The position numbers and the translations under genes were made by a program. A stretch of DNA of 64,000 bases, from positions 2,356,001 to 2,420,000 of the forward strand of contig OZ024742.1 of NCBI GenBank assembly GCA_964016885.1, in the 5' to 3' direction. Numbering within the stretch: position 1 is the first letter of the stretch; each line of letters opens with the position of its first letter. Below, one piece after another: positions 12,307 through 26,600 of the stretch. The notes below the pieces were generated by a model. It was not told the DNA's origin, ran no database searches, and saw only the letters and a list, made by a program, of their open reading frames with translations. The stretch comes from Eledone cirrhosa (Eukaryota).

Positions 12307-12310
<4 letters not shown>
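12081..12310 (-). mobile_element. Fragment encoding two C2H2-like fingers, probably an RTE-type LINE ORF C-terminus
   Basis: CQTCGRECKSAGGLKRHAKVH...CRLCARHFRSLAGLKIHIRSQ then stop. No TGEKP linker; starts at a (TATG)n junction. Confidence 0.55.
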
Positions 12311-12338
<28 letters not shown>

Positions 12339-12452
12339 CATACATACATACATACATACATACATACACACATACATATGCATACACATATACATACACA
12401 TATACATACATATATACATACATATATACATATACATACATATATACATATA

Positions 12453-13080
12453 TGGTGGCTGCCAACTCGTTTTCGAGTACGGCCACTACTGTATATCCAT
12501 GTAGGAGAACCCCTACCGATGCGCTGAACGAGTGTGACTTTTTAGTCCAGCCAGCGACTTGAAAACTCTGGTACAAACACTACACTTGTGACAATTATTG
12601 ACACATAGTGCTTGGCCCATGGTACCATGTGACGACAAGTGCAGAGAGATCTCCAGATATAAAGCAATGCCTGTGCCGTGAAGCTTTTATAGTGAGCAAA
12701 GGCACTGCACAAAGCCAGTCCCACTCTCTTAAACAAGATGATATTTACCAAAAAGAAGAACAAGTCAACATCATTGGAGACCATCAGGGTTGCAGGTGTT
12801 ATATCAGAGTTTTCCTTCTCCTAGAATTCTGCCTTGACAAAGGCTAAGGGGTCATCTCTCCCGGTGATTTTGGATGGCCATTGACTCTTAAGAGGCCCTT
12901 TGCCCTTTGACAGGTTTTGTTTTTAGTCCTGCAGGATGTCCAAAGTCACCCTATTATGTCAGGTCACCAGTTGGTGCTACTGGTAACATGTATCCCAGTA
13001 CAACCTGTCTCATGGTCGGGTCGTTGGCGACTAAACTGGCAACCCCACCAAGGTTTCTTGGTGAGGAGGGTGACTTTGGA
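12453..13080 (-). mobile_element. Non-coding RTE-like retroposon, copy 2, with inverted 5' end
   Basis: 12453-12952 matches copy 1. 12956-13080 is the first ~125 nt of the element in the opposite orientation. Confidence 0.8.
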
Positions 13081-13205
13081 TATACATATATACATACATA
13101 CATACATACATACATGCATATATACACACATACATATACATACACATATACATACACATATACATACATATATACATACATATACATATATACATATATA
13201 CATAC

Positions 13206-13281
<76 letters not shown>

Positions 13282-14940
13282 GGGGGGAGAGAAGATGGTC
13301 GTCCATCACTGCATCTAACTGAATCCAGTTTTGTCTCATTCATTCTGAGTTCAAATCCCGCCGAGGTTCACGTTGCCTTTAATCCTTACGAGGTCGATAA
13401 AATAAAGTACCAGTGATGCACTGGGATAATCGCTGGTCTTGTGGCAAAAGTAGAAGCTCTATTATTATAAAGTATCATCCGCACTCGTCGGCAGGTTGAA
13501 TACCATGGCTAGCCATCTAGTACTATTCCTGTATCACTAGAGGTACATAAGTCCAGGTAGGTCCCGAGATCAATCCCAGTACGTTCCCTCATGAACGTTG
13601 TTTATCCTAGCCTCAGGTTGACTGATGCATCGTTAAACAACAGGGAAGAGGTAAGTTGTTTCGAAGCCCGCTAAGGTGGAGGGTCTGTATCTACAATTTA
13701 AAGGAATGACCAGCCTAGTAATGCAATATGTCATGCTGAATCCCAATAATTACGTCAAGGGTACACGTGCCTATGGAATACTCAGCCACTTACACGTTAA
13801 TTGTGTGGCAAATCTTTTCCACAGGTATGCATATTGTGGGATTCCAATCTGTTCTGCCGTGCTAGGTACCTGTAACAAATACAGCATGCCACCCCATGGA
13901 CACTAGTCCATCGATCCAGAAAAAATTGAAAAGCAAGCTTGATCTCAATAATGTTTGAACTCAGAATAAAATATCCGGAATAAATACCGTAAGGTATTAC
14001 ATCCGCTACTCTATATCTTCTGCCAATTCACAACATGGTTTCATTTAGAATAATAGTAAACGTTGTTTTTCACATAGCTTCCTGGTTAGGGTGCTGGGCT
14101 CTCCACGGTAAGGTCATGAGTTCGATTCTGTGAATGGGTGGCGCATTGTGTCTTTGAGCAAGTTACTTTACTTAAGGTTGCCCTACTTCTTTCATTTGAG
14201 GACATTGGTGCCAAACTGTTTCGACCTTTGCCTTTCTCATGGTTCACACAGGTGTAGTGGAGAGACAACTTTCTCCACAAAGTATCTTGACCAAGCTTGA
14301 ACCTTGAGGAGTAGCTCACCTGATGTAAACCAATATTTACCACATGGTCTTCCACAAAACTGTCCAGGCTATGGAAAGTTGACCAGGGATCAATAATGGT
14401 GAAGGTCTCAATGGCGACCGAAACAAAAAGGAAAGAGCCAGTCAATGTCTTGTCTCCTTTACTAATTATATGTTTGGTGGGTTGGACCTCCGTCATTTTC
14501 GACGACGAGTGTTCCAGTTGTTTGGTCAACGGAACAGTTTTCTCGTGAAATTAAGATGCAAGTGGTAGAACATTCCACAGACACGTGTACCCTTAGTAGA
14601 TTCAGCACGACAAAGTGTGTGACGAGGCTAAGTCTTTAAATTATAGGAATAACACCATTACTTCTTACATGATTGGGATTTATTTAACTCTAAGCACTTT
14701 AAAATCAAGTTTTTTTTTATCGCAGCATCAGGGGCAACTTCAGGCGGTTTGCTACCAAAAAAAGGGGTTTATAGCTGCAACAGATATATTATACTCCATT
14801 TTAGGGACTTTAACAGTGGGTTTCGAATTTGAATGTGGTGCGGGAGTGGGATTAGTTCAAGAGAAGGGTTTCTCCCCCATTGATATAGTGACACTCTTTG
14901 TAGCGCCCTATGTTACTGTATTGGGGGGGGGGGGTTAGCA

Positions 14941-15055
14941 TACCTGTCAATGACGTCATCATTGTTACCTGGCATTACCTGTCAATGACGTCATCATTGT
15001 TACCTGGCATTACCTGTCAATGACGTCATCGTTGTTACCTGACATTACCTGTTAA
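14941..15055. repeat. 35-bp minisatellite (~3.3 copies) containing TGACGTCA
   Basis: Unit TACCTGTCAATGACGTCATCATTGTTACCTGGCAT. Confidence 0.85.
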
Positions 15056-15997
15056 TATTATACCATTGACATAATACTAACCAAACAAAACTTCATTATC
15101 TTGTCAAAATACACATCATTATCAATGTTGACATATTGTTTATATATTGCCTGTCTGTGTGTCTAGATTTCACTTGAACTTGTTACTATTGTAAAGTCTC
15201 CCCCACCTCTTCCCGACCCTAAAATTAACCCCCTCCCTTCAATAACCACCAACACTAGTTGACAGTGTTAATGACAGTGTTGGGAACTACAGTGTTGAAA
15301 GGTTTAAACCGCAACTTTCTGACTACTCTTGTTAAAACTAGGTCTAAAATTTGTATAAAATAAGGTTCCCGAAAAACTGGTTCGAAAAGGTCAACTATAT
15401 CTAGTTTATACCTGTCAGGTCTGATCAAATAGACGTGAGATCAATGCCTTCAAACCATAACAACCATTCGATTGTATTTTTCAGGAAAAAGGAAAATATT
15501 GCCAGGATGTGAGATCGAACTCGGAACCTTACAATTACGAAGAGATCTTCCTAAGTTGTGACTCCGATGTATTCAAGGCTACTGTGGCTTCTATTTCTTT
15601 TTCTTTTAAATATGGTAAATTATGATTTTAGGATAATGAAGTCGACCACTACTAGACCCTAGCTATCACGTGGTACAAGCCTTCTCTGCAGTTCTCGGGC
15701 TTGTGTAAAGAGGTATTTAACTTCAACAAAGTGTTTAAAAATTAGCATAAAATGTATTGTTTTCTAGTAAGGTCAAATAAACAAGACCACACCCCCTGTT
15801 ACCTTCCTTAGTTATATAACAAAGCTACCCCACCCCCCACCAGACCTCCCCTCACCCCCCACACCCAAGCCCCCACCCCACCCATCTATGACGAAATATA
15901 TTGATTTAAAACAAACAAACTAGTAGTACATTATTTTTTTATTGTGAGATAATCTGACCTTGATAGAAAATATCGAATAACACCAATAGATAATAGT

Positions 15998-17236
15998 AAT
16001 GATGGTGATGGTGATGTTGATGGTGATGATGATGGTGACGGTGATGGTGACGGTGATGATGATGGTGATGGTGATGAAGATGGTGATGATGATGGTGATG
16101 GTGATAGCGATGGTGATGGTGATGGTGATGGTGATGGTGATGGTGATGATGATGGTGATGGTGATGGTGGTGATGGTGAGGTGATGGTGATGATGATGGT
16201 GATGGTGATGGTGATGATGATGATGATGCTGATGGTGATGATGATGGTGATGGTGATGGTGGTGATGGTGAGGTGATGGTGATGATGATGGTGATGGTGA
16301 TGGTGATGATGATGATGATGCTGATGGTGATGATGATGGTGATGATGATGGTGATGGTGATGGTGATGATGATGGTGATGGTGATGGTGATGGTGATGGT
16401 GATGGTGGTGATGGTGATGGTGATGATGATGGTGATGATGGTGATGGTGATGGAGATGGTGATGATGATGATGATGGTGATGGTGATGGTGATGGTGATG
16501 GTGATGGTGATGGTGATGATGATGGTGATGGTGATAGTGATGGTGATGGTGATGGTGATGATGGTGATGATGGTGATGGTGATAGTGATGGTGATGGTGA
16601 TGGTGATGCTGATGGTGATGATGATGGTGATGGTGATAGTGATGGTGATGGTGATGGTGATGGTGATGGTGATGATGATGGTGATGGTGATGATGATGGT
16701 GATGGTGATAGTGATGGTGATGGTGATGGTGATGATGATGGTGATGGTGATAGTGATGGTGATGGTGATGGTGATGGTGATGGTGATGGTGATGGTGATG
16801 GTGATGGTGATGATGATGGTGATGGTGATAGTGATGGTGATGGTGATGGTGATGATGATGGTGATGGTGATAGTGATGGTGATGGTGATGGTGATGGTGA
16901 TGGTGATGGTGATGGTGATGGTGATGGTGATGATGATGGTGATGGTGATAGTGATGGTGATGGTGATGGTGATGATGATGGTGATGGTGATAGTGATGGT
17001 GATGGTGATGGTGATGGTGATGGTGATGGTGATGGTGATGGTGATGGTGATGATGATGGTGATGGTGATAGTGATGGTGATGGTGATGGTGATGATGATG
17101 GTGATGGTGATAGTGATGGTGATGGTGATGGTGATGGTGATGGTGATGGTGACAGTGATGAAGATGGTGATGATGATGGTGATGGTGATGAGATTGATCT
17201 CCTCATCCTCCTCCTCCTCATCATCATCATCATCAT
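15998..17236. repeat. (GATGGT)n/(GAT)n microsatellite with a 120-bp super-period
   Basis: Direct reading; identical 120-bp blocks at ~16720-17130. Confidence 0.95.
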
Positions 17237-17676
17237 AATGTTGACTAGGGTTTAGTCAATTAAATCGAATAAAGTACTTGACTGGTATTTTATTCTAGGG
17301 ACCCCTTCAACAACAAAAAATAAAGCTGGCTTTCTGAGGGTTTTGAACTGAACAACAAAAACAACAAAAACAACAACCACAACAGTAGTAACAACAACAA
17401 CAATAACAACAACAACTACAGCAAAAACAACAACAACAATAACAACAACAACCACAACAGTAGTAACAGTAACAACAATAACAACAACTTTTATTGATGT
17501 ATGTAGAGAGGCAATGTTGATGCCCCTCGCAACCCATCTTCACCATACAACCCTCGGGTAACAACATATAACTCTGTATTACCTTCGTACATCAAAAGCC
17601 TTCTCCCAGTTCCTTCAAGTAGAATTATTTAACCACGTTAAGTTCACCACTCTCTCGCAACTTTTATAAGATTGGC

Positions 17677-20600
17677 TGGAGGGTTTTACCTCCATCATTG
17701 GTCTTACCCATCTGTTTAAGAGGGGTGGAGGGTTTTACCTCCATCACTGGTCTTACCCATCAGTTTAAGAGGGGTGGAGGGTTTTATCTCCATCACTGGT
17801 CTTACCCATCTGTTTAAGAGGGGTGGAGGGTTTTACCTCCATCACTGGTCTTACACATTATTTTAAGAGGGGTGGAGGGTTTTACCTCCATCACTGGTCT
17901 TACCCATCTGTTTAAGAGGGGTGGAGGGTTTTACCTCCATCACTGGTCTTACCCATCTGTTTAAGAGGGGTGGAGGGTTTTACCTCCATCACTGGTCTTA
18001 CCCATTAGTTTAAGAGGGTGGAGGGTTTTACCTCCATCACTGGTCTTACCCATCTGTTTAATGGGGTGGAGGGTTTTACCTCCATCACTGGTCTTACCCA
18101 TCTGTTTAAGAGGGGTGGAGGGTTTTACCTCCATCACTGGTCTTACCCATCTGTTTAAGAGGGGTGGAGGGTTTTATCTCCATCACTGGTCTTACCCATC
18201 TGTTTAAGAGGGGTGGAGGGTTTTACCTCCATCACTGGTCTTACACATTATTTTAAGAGGAGGGGTGAAGGGTTTTACCTCCATCACTGGTCTTACCCAT
18301 CTGTTTAAGAGGGGTGGAGGGTTTTACCTCCATCACTGGTCTTACCCATTAGTTTAAGAGGGTGGAGGGTTTTACCTCCATCACTGGTCTTCCCCATCTG
18401 TTAAAGAGGGGTGGAGGGTTTTATCTCCATCACTGGTCTTACCCATCTGTTTAAGAGGGGTGGAGGGTTTTACCTCCATCACTGGTCTTACACATTATTC
18501 TAAGAGGGGTGGAGGGTTTTACCTCCATCACTGGTCTTACCCATCTGTTTAAGAGGGGTGGAGGGTTTTACCTCCATCACTGGTCTTACCCATCTGTTTA
18601 AGAGGGGTGGAGGATTTTACCTCCATCACTGGTCTTACCCATTAGTTTAAGAGGGTGGAGGGTTTTACCTCCATCACTGGTCTTACCCATCTGTTTAATG
18701 GGGTGGAGGGTTTTACCTCCATCACTGGTCTTACCCATCTGTTTAAGAGGGGTGGAGGGTTTTACCTCCATCACTGGTCTTACCCATCTGTTTAAGAGGG
18801 GTGGAGGGTTTTATCTCCATCACTGGTCTTACCCATCTGTTTAAGAGGGGTGGAGGGTTTTACCTCCATCACTGGTCTTACACATTATTTTAAGAGGGGT
18901 GGAGGGTTTTACCTCCATCACTGGTCTTACCCATCTGTTTAAGAGGGGTGGAGGGTTTTACCTCCATCACTGGTCTTACCCATTAGTTTAAGAGGGTGGA
19001 GGGTTTTACCTCCATCACTGGTCTTACCCATCTGTTAAAGAGGGGTGGAGGGTTTTATCTCCATCACTGGTCTTACCCATCTGTTTAAGAGGGGTGGAGG
19101 GTTTTACCTCCATCACTGGTCTTACCCATCTGTTTAAGAGGGGTGGAGGGTTTTACCTCCATCACTGGTCTTACCCATCTGTTTAAGAGGGGTGGAGGAT
19201 TTTACCTCCATCACTGGTCTTACCCATCTGTTTAAGAGGGTGGAGGGTTTTACCTCCATCACTGGTCTTACCCATCTGTTTAAGAGGGGTGGAGGGTTTT
19301 ACCTCCTTCACTGGTCTTACCCATCTGTTTAAGAGGGGTGGAGGGTTTTACCTCCATCACTGGTCTTACCCATCTGTTTAAGAGGGGTGGAGGGTTTTAT
19401 CTCCATCACTGGTCTTACCCATCTGTTTAAGAGGGGTGGAGGGTTTTACCTCCATCACTGGTCTTACACATTATTTTAAGAGGGGTGGAGGGTTTTACCT
19501 CCATCACTGGTCTTACCCATCTGTTTAAGAGGGGTGGAGGGTTTTACCTCCATCACTGGTCTTACCCATTAGTTTAAGAGGGTGGAGGGTTTTACCTCCA
19601 TCACTGGTCTTACCCATCTGTTAAAGAGGGGTGGAGGGTTTTATCTCCATCACTGGTCTTACCCATCTGTTTAAGAGGGGTGGAGGGTTTTACCTCCATC
19701 ACTGGTCTTACACATTATTTTAAGAGGGGTGGAGGGTTTTACCTCCATCACTGGTCTTACCCATCTGTTTAAGAGGGGTGGAGGGTTTTACCTCCATCAC
19801 TGGTCTTACCCATCTGTTTAAGAGGGGTGGAGGGTTTTACCTCCATCACTGGTCTTACCCATCTGTTTAAGAGGGGTGGAGGGTTTTACCTCCATCACTG
19901 GTCTTACCCATCTGTTTAAGAGGGGTGGAGGGTTTTATCTCCATCACTGGTCTTACCCATCTGTTTAAGAGGGGTGGAGGGTTTTACCTCCATCACTGGT
20001 CTTACACATTATTTTAAGAGGGGTGGAGGGTTTTACCTCCATCACTGGTCTTACCCATCTGTTTAAGAGGGGTGGAGGGTTTTACCTCCATCACTGGTCT
20101 TACCCATTAGTTTAAGAGGGTGGAGGGTTTTACCTCCATCACTGGTCTTACCCATCTGTTAAAGAGGGGTGGAGGGTTTTATCTCCATCACTGGTCTTAC
20201 CCATCTGTTTAAGAGGGGTGGAGGGTTTTACCTCCATCACTGGTCTTACACATTATTTTAAGAGGGGTGGAGGGTTTTACCTCCATCACTGGTCTTACCC
20301 ATCTGTTTAAGAGGGGTGGAGGGTTTTACCTCCATCACTGGTCTTACCCATCTGTTTAAGAGGGGTGGAGGATTTTACCTCCATCACTGGTCTTACCCAT
20401 TAGTTTAAGAGGGTGGAGGGTTTTACCTCCATCACTGGTCGTACCCATCTGTTTAATGGGGTGGAGGGTTTTACCTCCATCACTGGTCTTACCCATCTGT
20501 TTAAGAGGGGTGGAGGGTTTTACCTCCATCACTGGTCTTACCCATCTGTTTAAGAGGGGTGGAGGGTTTTATCTCCATCACTGGTCTTACCCATCTGTTT

Positions 20601-23600
20601 AAGAGGGGTGGAGGGTTTTACCTCCATCACTGGTCTTACACATTATTCTAAGAGGGGTGGAGGGTTTTACCTCCATCACTGGTCTTACCCATCTGTTTAA
20701 GAGGGGTGGAGGGTTTTACCTCCATCACTGGTCTTACCCATTAGTTTAAGAGGGTGGAGGGTTTTACCTCCATCACTGGTCTTACCCATCTGTTAAAGAG
20801 GGGTGGAGGGTTTTATCTCCATCACTGGTCTTACCCATCTGTTTAAGAGGGGTGGAGGGTTTTACCTCCTTCCTGGTCTTACCGATCTGATTAAGAGGGG
20901 TGGAGGGTTTTACCTCCGTTCCCGGGGTTACCCATCTGTTTAAGAGGGGTGGAGGGTTTTACCTCCATCACTGGTCTTACCCATCTGTTTAAGAGGGGTG
21001 GAGGGTTTTACCTCCATCACTGGTCTTACCCATCTGTTTAAGAGGGGTGGAGGGTTTTACCTCCATGACTGGTCTTACCCATTAGTTTAAGAGGGTGGAG
21101 GGTTTTACCGCCATCACTGGTCTTACCCATCTGTTAAAGAGGGGTGGAGGGTTTTACCTCCATCACTGGTCTTACCCATCTGTTTAAGAGGGGTGGAGGG
21201 TTTTACCTCCATCACTGGTCTTACCCATCTGTTTAAGAGGGGTGGAGGGTTTTACCTCCATCACTGGTCTTACCCATTAGTTTAAGAGGGGTGGAGGGTT
21301 TTACTTCCATCACTGGTCTTACCCATCTGTTTAAGAGGGGTGGAGGGTTTTACCTCCATCACTGGTCTTACCCATCTGTTTAATGGGGTGGAGGGATTTA
21401 CCTCCATCACTGGTCTTACCCATCTGTTTAAGAGGGGTGGAGGGTTTTACCTCCATCACTGGTCTTACCCATCTGTTTGAGAGGGGTGGAGGGTTTTATC
21501 TCCATCACTGGTCTTACCCATCTGTTTAAGAGGGGTGGAGGGTTTTACCTCCATCACTGGTCTTACACATTATTTTAAGAGGGGTGGAGGGTTTTACCTC
21601 CATCACTGGTCTTACCCATCTTTTTAAGAGGGGTGGAGGGTTTTACCTCCATCACTGGTCTTACCCATTAGTTTAAGAGGGTGGAGGGTTTTACCTCCAT
21701 CACTGGTCTTACCAATCTGTTAAAGAGGGGTGGAGGGTTTTACCTCCATCACTGGTCTTACCCATCTGTTTAAGAGGGGTGGAGGGTTTTACCTCCATCA
21801 GTGGTCTTACCCATCTGTTTAAGAGGGGTGTAGGGTTTTACCTCCATCACTGGTCTTACCCATTAGTTTAAGAGGGGTGGAGGGTTTTACCTCCATCACT
21901 GGTCTTACTCATCTGTTTAAGAGGGGTGGAGGGTTTTACCTCCATCCCTGGTTTTACCCATTGTTTACGAGGGTTGGAGGGTTTTACCTCCATCACTGGT
22001 CTTACCCATCTGTTTAAGAGGGGTGAAGGCTTTTACCTCCATCCCTGGCCTTACCCATCTGTTTAAGAGGGGTGGAGGGTTTTACCTCCTTCCTGGTCTT
22101 ACCGATCTGATTAAGAGGGGTGGAGGGTTTTACCTCCGTTCCCGGGGTTACCCATCTGATTAAGAGGGGTGGAGGGTTTTACCTCCATCACTGGTCTTAC
22201 CCATCTGTTGAAGAGAGGTGGAGGGTTTTACCTCCATCCCAGGCCTTACCCATTGTTTAAGTCGGGTTGAAGGCTTTACCTCCAGCCCTGGTCTTACCAT
22301 CTGTTTAAGAAGGGTGGAGGGTTTTACCTCCATCACTGGTCTTACCCATTAGTTTAAGAGGGGTGGAGGGTTTTACCTCCATCCCTGGTCTTACCCATCT
22401 GTTTACAAGGGGTGGAGGGTTTTACCTCCATCACTGGTCTTACCCATCTATTTAAGAGGGGTGGACGGTTTTACCTCCAATACAGACATTACCCATATGT
22501 TTAAGTGGGGTGGAGGATTTTACCACCAATCCTGGCCTTAACCATCTGTTTAAGAGTGGTTGAGGGTTTTACCTCCTTTCATGGCCTTACCCATCTATTT
22601 TAGAGGGGTGGAGAATTTTACCTCCACCTTGACCTTACGAATCAGTTTAAGAGGGGTGTAGAGTTTTACCTCCATCTCTGGTCTTACCCATCCTTTTAAG
22701 AGGGGTGGAGGGTTTTACCTCTATCCCTAGTCTTACCCATTAGTTTAAGACGGGTGGGGGGTTTTACCTCCATCACAGACCTTACCCAGAGTTTTAAGAG
22801 GGGTGTATGGTTTTACCTCCTACACTGGGCTTACCCATCTGTTTAAGAGGGGTGGAGGGTTTTACCTCCATCCCTGGCCTTACCCATCTTTTTAAGAGGG
22901 GTCGAAGATTTTACCGCCATCCCTGGTTTTAACCATCTGTTTTAGAGGGGTGGGGGGTTTTACCTCCATCCCTGGTCTTACCCATCTGTTTAAGAGGGGT
23001 GGAGGGTTTTACCTCCATCCCTGGCCTTACCCATCCGTTTAAGAGGGGTGGAGGATTTTACCGCCATCCCTTAGTTTTAACAATATGTTTAAGAAGGGTG
23101 GGGGGTTTTACCTCCATCACTGGTCCTACCCAACATTTTAAGACGGGTGGAGGGTTTTACCTCCATCCCTCGTCTTACCCATTGTTTACGAGGGGTGGAG
23201 GGTTTTACCTCCATCACCTGCCTTACCCATCTGTTTAAGAGGGGTGAAGGGGTTTTACCTCCGATACTAATCTTACCCATCCGTTTAAAAGGGTGCAGGG
23301 TATTACCTCCATTACTGGTGTTACCCATCCGTTTAAGAGGGGTGGGGTTTTTTACCTCCATCACTGGTCTTACCCATCTGTTTAAGAGGGGTGGAGGGTT
23401 TTACCTCCATCCCTGGTCTTACTCATCGGTTTAAGAGGGGTGGAGGTTTGGTTTTACCTACATTCCGGGCCTTACCCATCTGTTTAAGCGGGGTGAAGGG
23501 TTTTACCTCCATCACTAGCTTTACCTATCTGTTTAAGTAGGGTGGTGGATTTTACCTCCATCACTGGTCTACCCATCTTTTTTAGAAGGGTGGAGCGTTT

Positions 23601-26600
23601 TACCTCCATCACTGGTGTTACCCATATGTTTAAGAGGGGTGGAGGGTTTTAACTCCATCCCTGGTCTTACCCATCTGTTTAAGAGTGGTGGAGGGTTTCA
23701 CCTCCATCCCTGGCCTTACCCATCTATTAAGAGGGATGGAGGGTTTTACCTCCTACACTGGTCTTACACATCTGTGTAAGAGGCGTGGAGGGTTTTACCT
23801 CCAATACTGGTCTTACCCATCTATTTAAGAGGGGTGGAGGGTATTACCGCCATGCCTGGCTTTACCCATCTGTTTAAGAAGGGTGCATTATTCTACCTCC
23901 ATTATTGGTCTTATCCATTTGTTTAAGAGGGGTGGGGTTTTTACCACCATCCCTGGTCTTATCCATCTGTTTAAGAGGGGTGAAGGGGGGGGGGGGTTTA
24001 CCTCCATACCTGGCTTTACCCATCTATTTAAGAGGGGTGGAGGGTTTTACCTCCATCGCTGGTCTTACCCATCTGTTTAAGAGGGCTGGAGGGTTTTACC
24101 TCCTTCCCTGGTCTTACCCATATGTTTAAGAGATTTTACCTCCATCACTGGTGTTACCCATCCTTTAAAGAGGGGTGGAGGGTTTTACCTCCATCCCTGG
24201 TCTTACCCATCTGTTTACGAGGGGTGGAGGGTTTTACCTCCATCCATGGCCTTACCCATCTTTTTAAGAGGGGTGGAGGGTTTTACCTCCACACCTGGTC
24301 TTACCCATCTGTTTAAGAGGGGTGGAGGGTTTTGCCTCCATCCCTGGTTTTACCCATTGTTTACGAGGGGTGGAGGGTTTTACCTCCATAACAGACCTCA
24401 CCTTTATGTTTAAGAGGGGTTGAGGGTTGTTTTTACCTCCTGCCTGGCCTTACTCATCTGTTTAAGAGGGGGGGGGGCGGTTTTACCTCCGATACTTTTC
24501 TTACCCATCTGTTATAGAGGAGTGGAGGGTTTTACCTCCATCACTGGTCTTACCCATCTGTTTAAGAGGGGTGGTGGGTGTTACCCCATGCCTGGCCTTA
24601 CCCATTTGTTTAAGAAGGGTGCAATGTTTTACCTCCATTAATGGTGTTACCCATCTGTATAAGAGGGGTGAGGGGTTTTACCTCCATCACTGGCCTTACC
24701 CATTGTTTGAGAGGGGGAAGGCTTTAACTCCATCACTGGACTTACACATCTATTTAAGAGGGGTGGAGGGTTTTACCTCCTTCATTGGTCTAACCCATCT
24801 GTTGAAGAGGGGTGGAGGGTTTTACCTCCTTCATTGGTCTAACCCATCTGTTGAAGAGGGGTGGAGGCTTTTACCTCCATCACTGGTCTTACCCATCTGT
24901 TTAAGAGGGGTGGTGGGTGTTACCCCATGCCTGGCCTTACCCATTTGTTTAAGAAGGGTGCAATGTTTTACCTCCATTAATGGTGTTACCCATCTGTATA
25001 AGAGGGGTGAGGGGTTTTACCTCCATCACTGGCCTTACCCATTGTTTGAGAGGGGGAAGGCTTTAACTCCATCACTGGACTTACACATCTATTTAAGAGG
25101 GGTGGAGGGTTTTACCTCCTTCATTGGTCTAACCCATCTGTTGAAGAGGGGTGGAGGGTTTTACCTCCTTCATTGGTCTAACCCATCTGTTGAAGAGGGG
25201 TGGAGGCTTTTACCTCTATCACTGGTCTTACCCATCTGTTTAAGAGGGTTGGAGGGTTTTACCTCCATAACAGACCTTACCCATATGTTTAAGAGGGGTG
25301 GAGGGTGGTTTGTACCTCCTGTCTGGCCCTCCTGTCTGGCCTTACTCTGTTTAAGAGGGTGGAATGTTTTACCTCCATACCTGTGGTTACCCATCTGTTT
25401 AAGAGGCGTGGAGGGTTTTAGCTCCATCCCTGGTCTTACCCATCTGTTTAAGAGGGGTGGAGGGTTTTACCTCCATCCCTGGTTTTACCCATCCTTTTAT
25501 GAGGCGTGGAGGTTTTTACCTCCATCACCTGCCTTAACCATCTGTTTAAGAGGGGTGGAGGGTTTTACCTCCGATACTTGTCTCACCCATCTTTATAGAG
25601 GGGTGGAGGGTTTTACCTCCATCACTGGTCTTACCCATCTGTTTTAGAGGGGTGGGGGGTTTTAACTCCATCCCAGGCCTTACCTATCTGTTTAAGTGGG
25701 TTTGAAGGTTTTAGCTCCATCCCTGGTCTTACCCATCTGTTTATGAGGGGTGGAGGATTTTATCTCCATCACTGGTCTTACCCATATGTTTAAGAGGTGT
25801 GGAGGGTTTTACCGCCATCACTGCTCTTACCCATCTGTTAATAGGGGTGGAGGGTTTTACCTCCATCCCAGGTCTTACGTAACAGTTTAAGTGGGTTTGA
25901 ATGTTTTACCTCCATCCCTGGTCTTAACCATCTGTTTAAGAGGGGTGGAGGATTTTACCTCTATCCCTGGTCTTACCAATCTGTTTAAGAGGGGTGGAGG
26001 GTTTTACCTCCATCGCTGGTCTTACCCATCTGTATAAGAGGGGTGGAGGGTTTTACCGCCATCACTGCTCTTACCCATCTGTTAATAGGGGTGGAGGGTT
26101 TTACCTCCATCCCAGGTCTTACGTATCAGTTTAAGTGGGTTTGAAGGTTTTACCTCCATCCCTGGTCTTAACCATCTGTTTAAGAGGGGCGGAGGATTTT
26201 ACCTCTATCCCTGGTCTTACCCATCTGTTTAAGAGGGGTGGAGGGTTTTACCTCCATCCCTGGTCTTACCCATCTGTATAAGAGGGGTGGAGGGTTTTAC
26301 CTCCATCACTGGTCTTACCCATCTGTTTACTAGGGGTGGAGTGTTTTACCTCGATCACCTGCCTTACCCATCTGTTTAAGAGGGGTGGAGGGTTTTACCT
26401 CCGATACTTGTCTTACCCATCTCTTATAGAGGAGTAGAGGGTTTTACCTCCATCACTGGTCTTACCCATCTTTTTAAGAGGGGTGGTGGGTGTTACCGCC
26501 ATGCGTGGCCTTACCCATTTTTAGAGGGGTGGAGGGTTTTACCTGCATCACTGTCTTACCCATCTGTTTAAGAGGTGGAGCGTTGGTTTTACCTCCATCC

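Noticed and set aside
15920-17238. 438-aa Ser-Pro/His and 321-aa Met-Val ORFs
   Set aside because: Translations of a (GATGGT)n microsatellite, with no splice or domain context.
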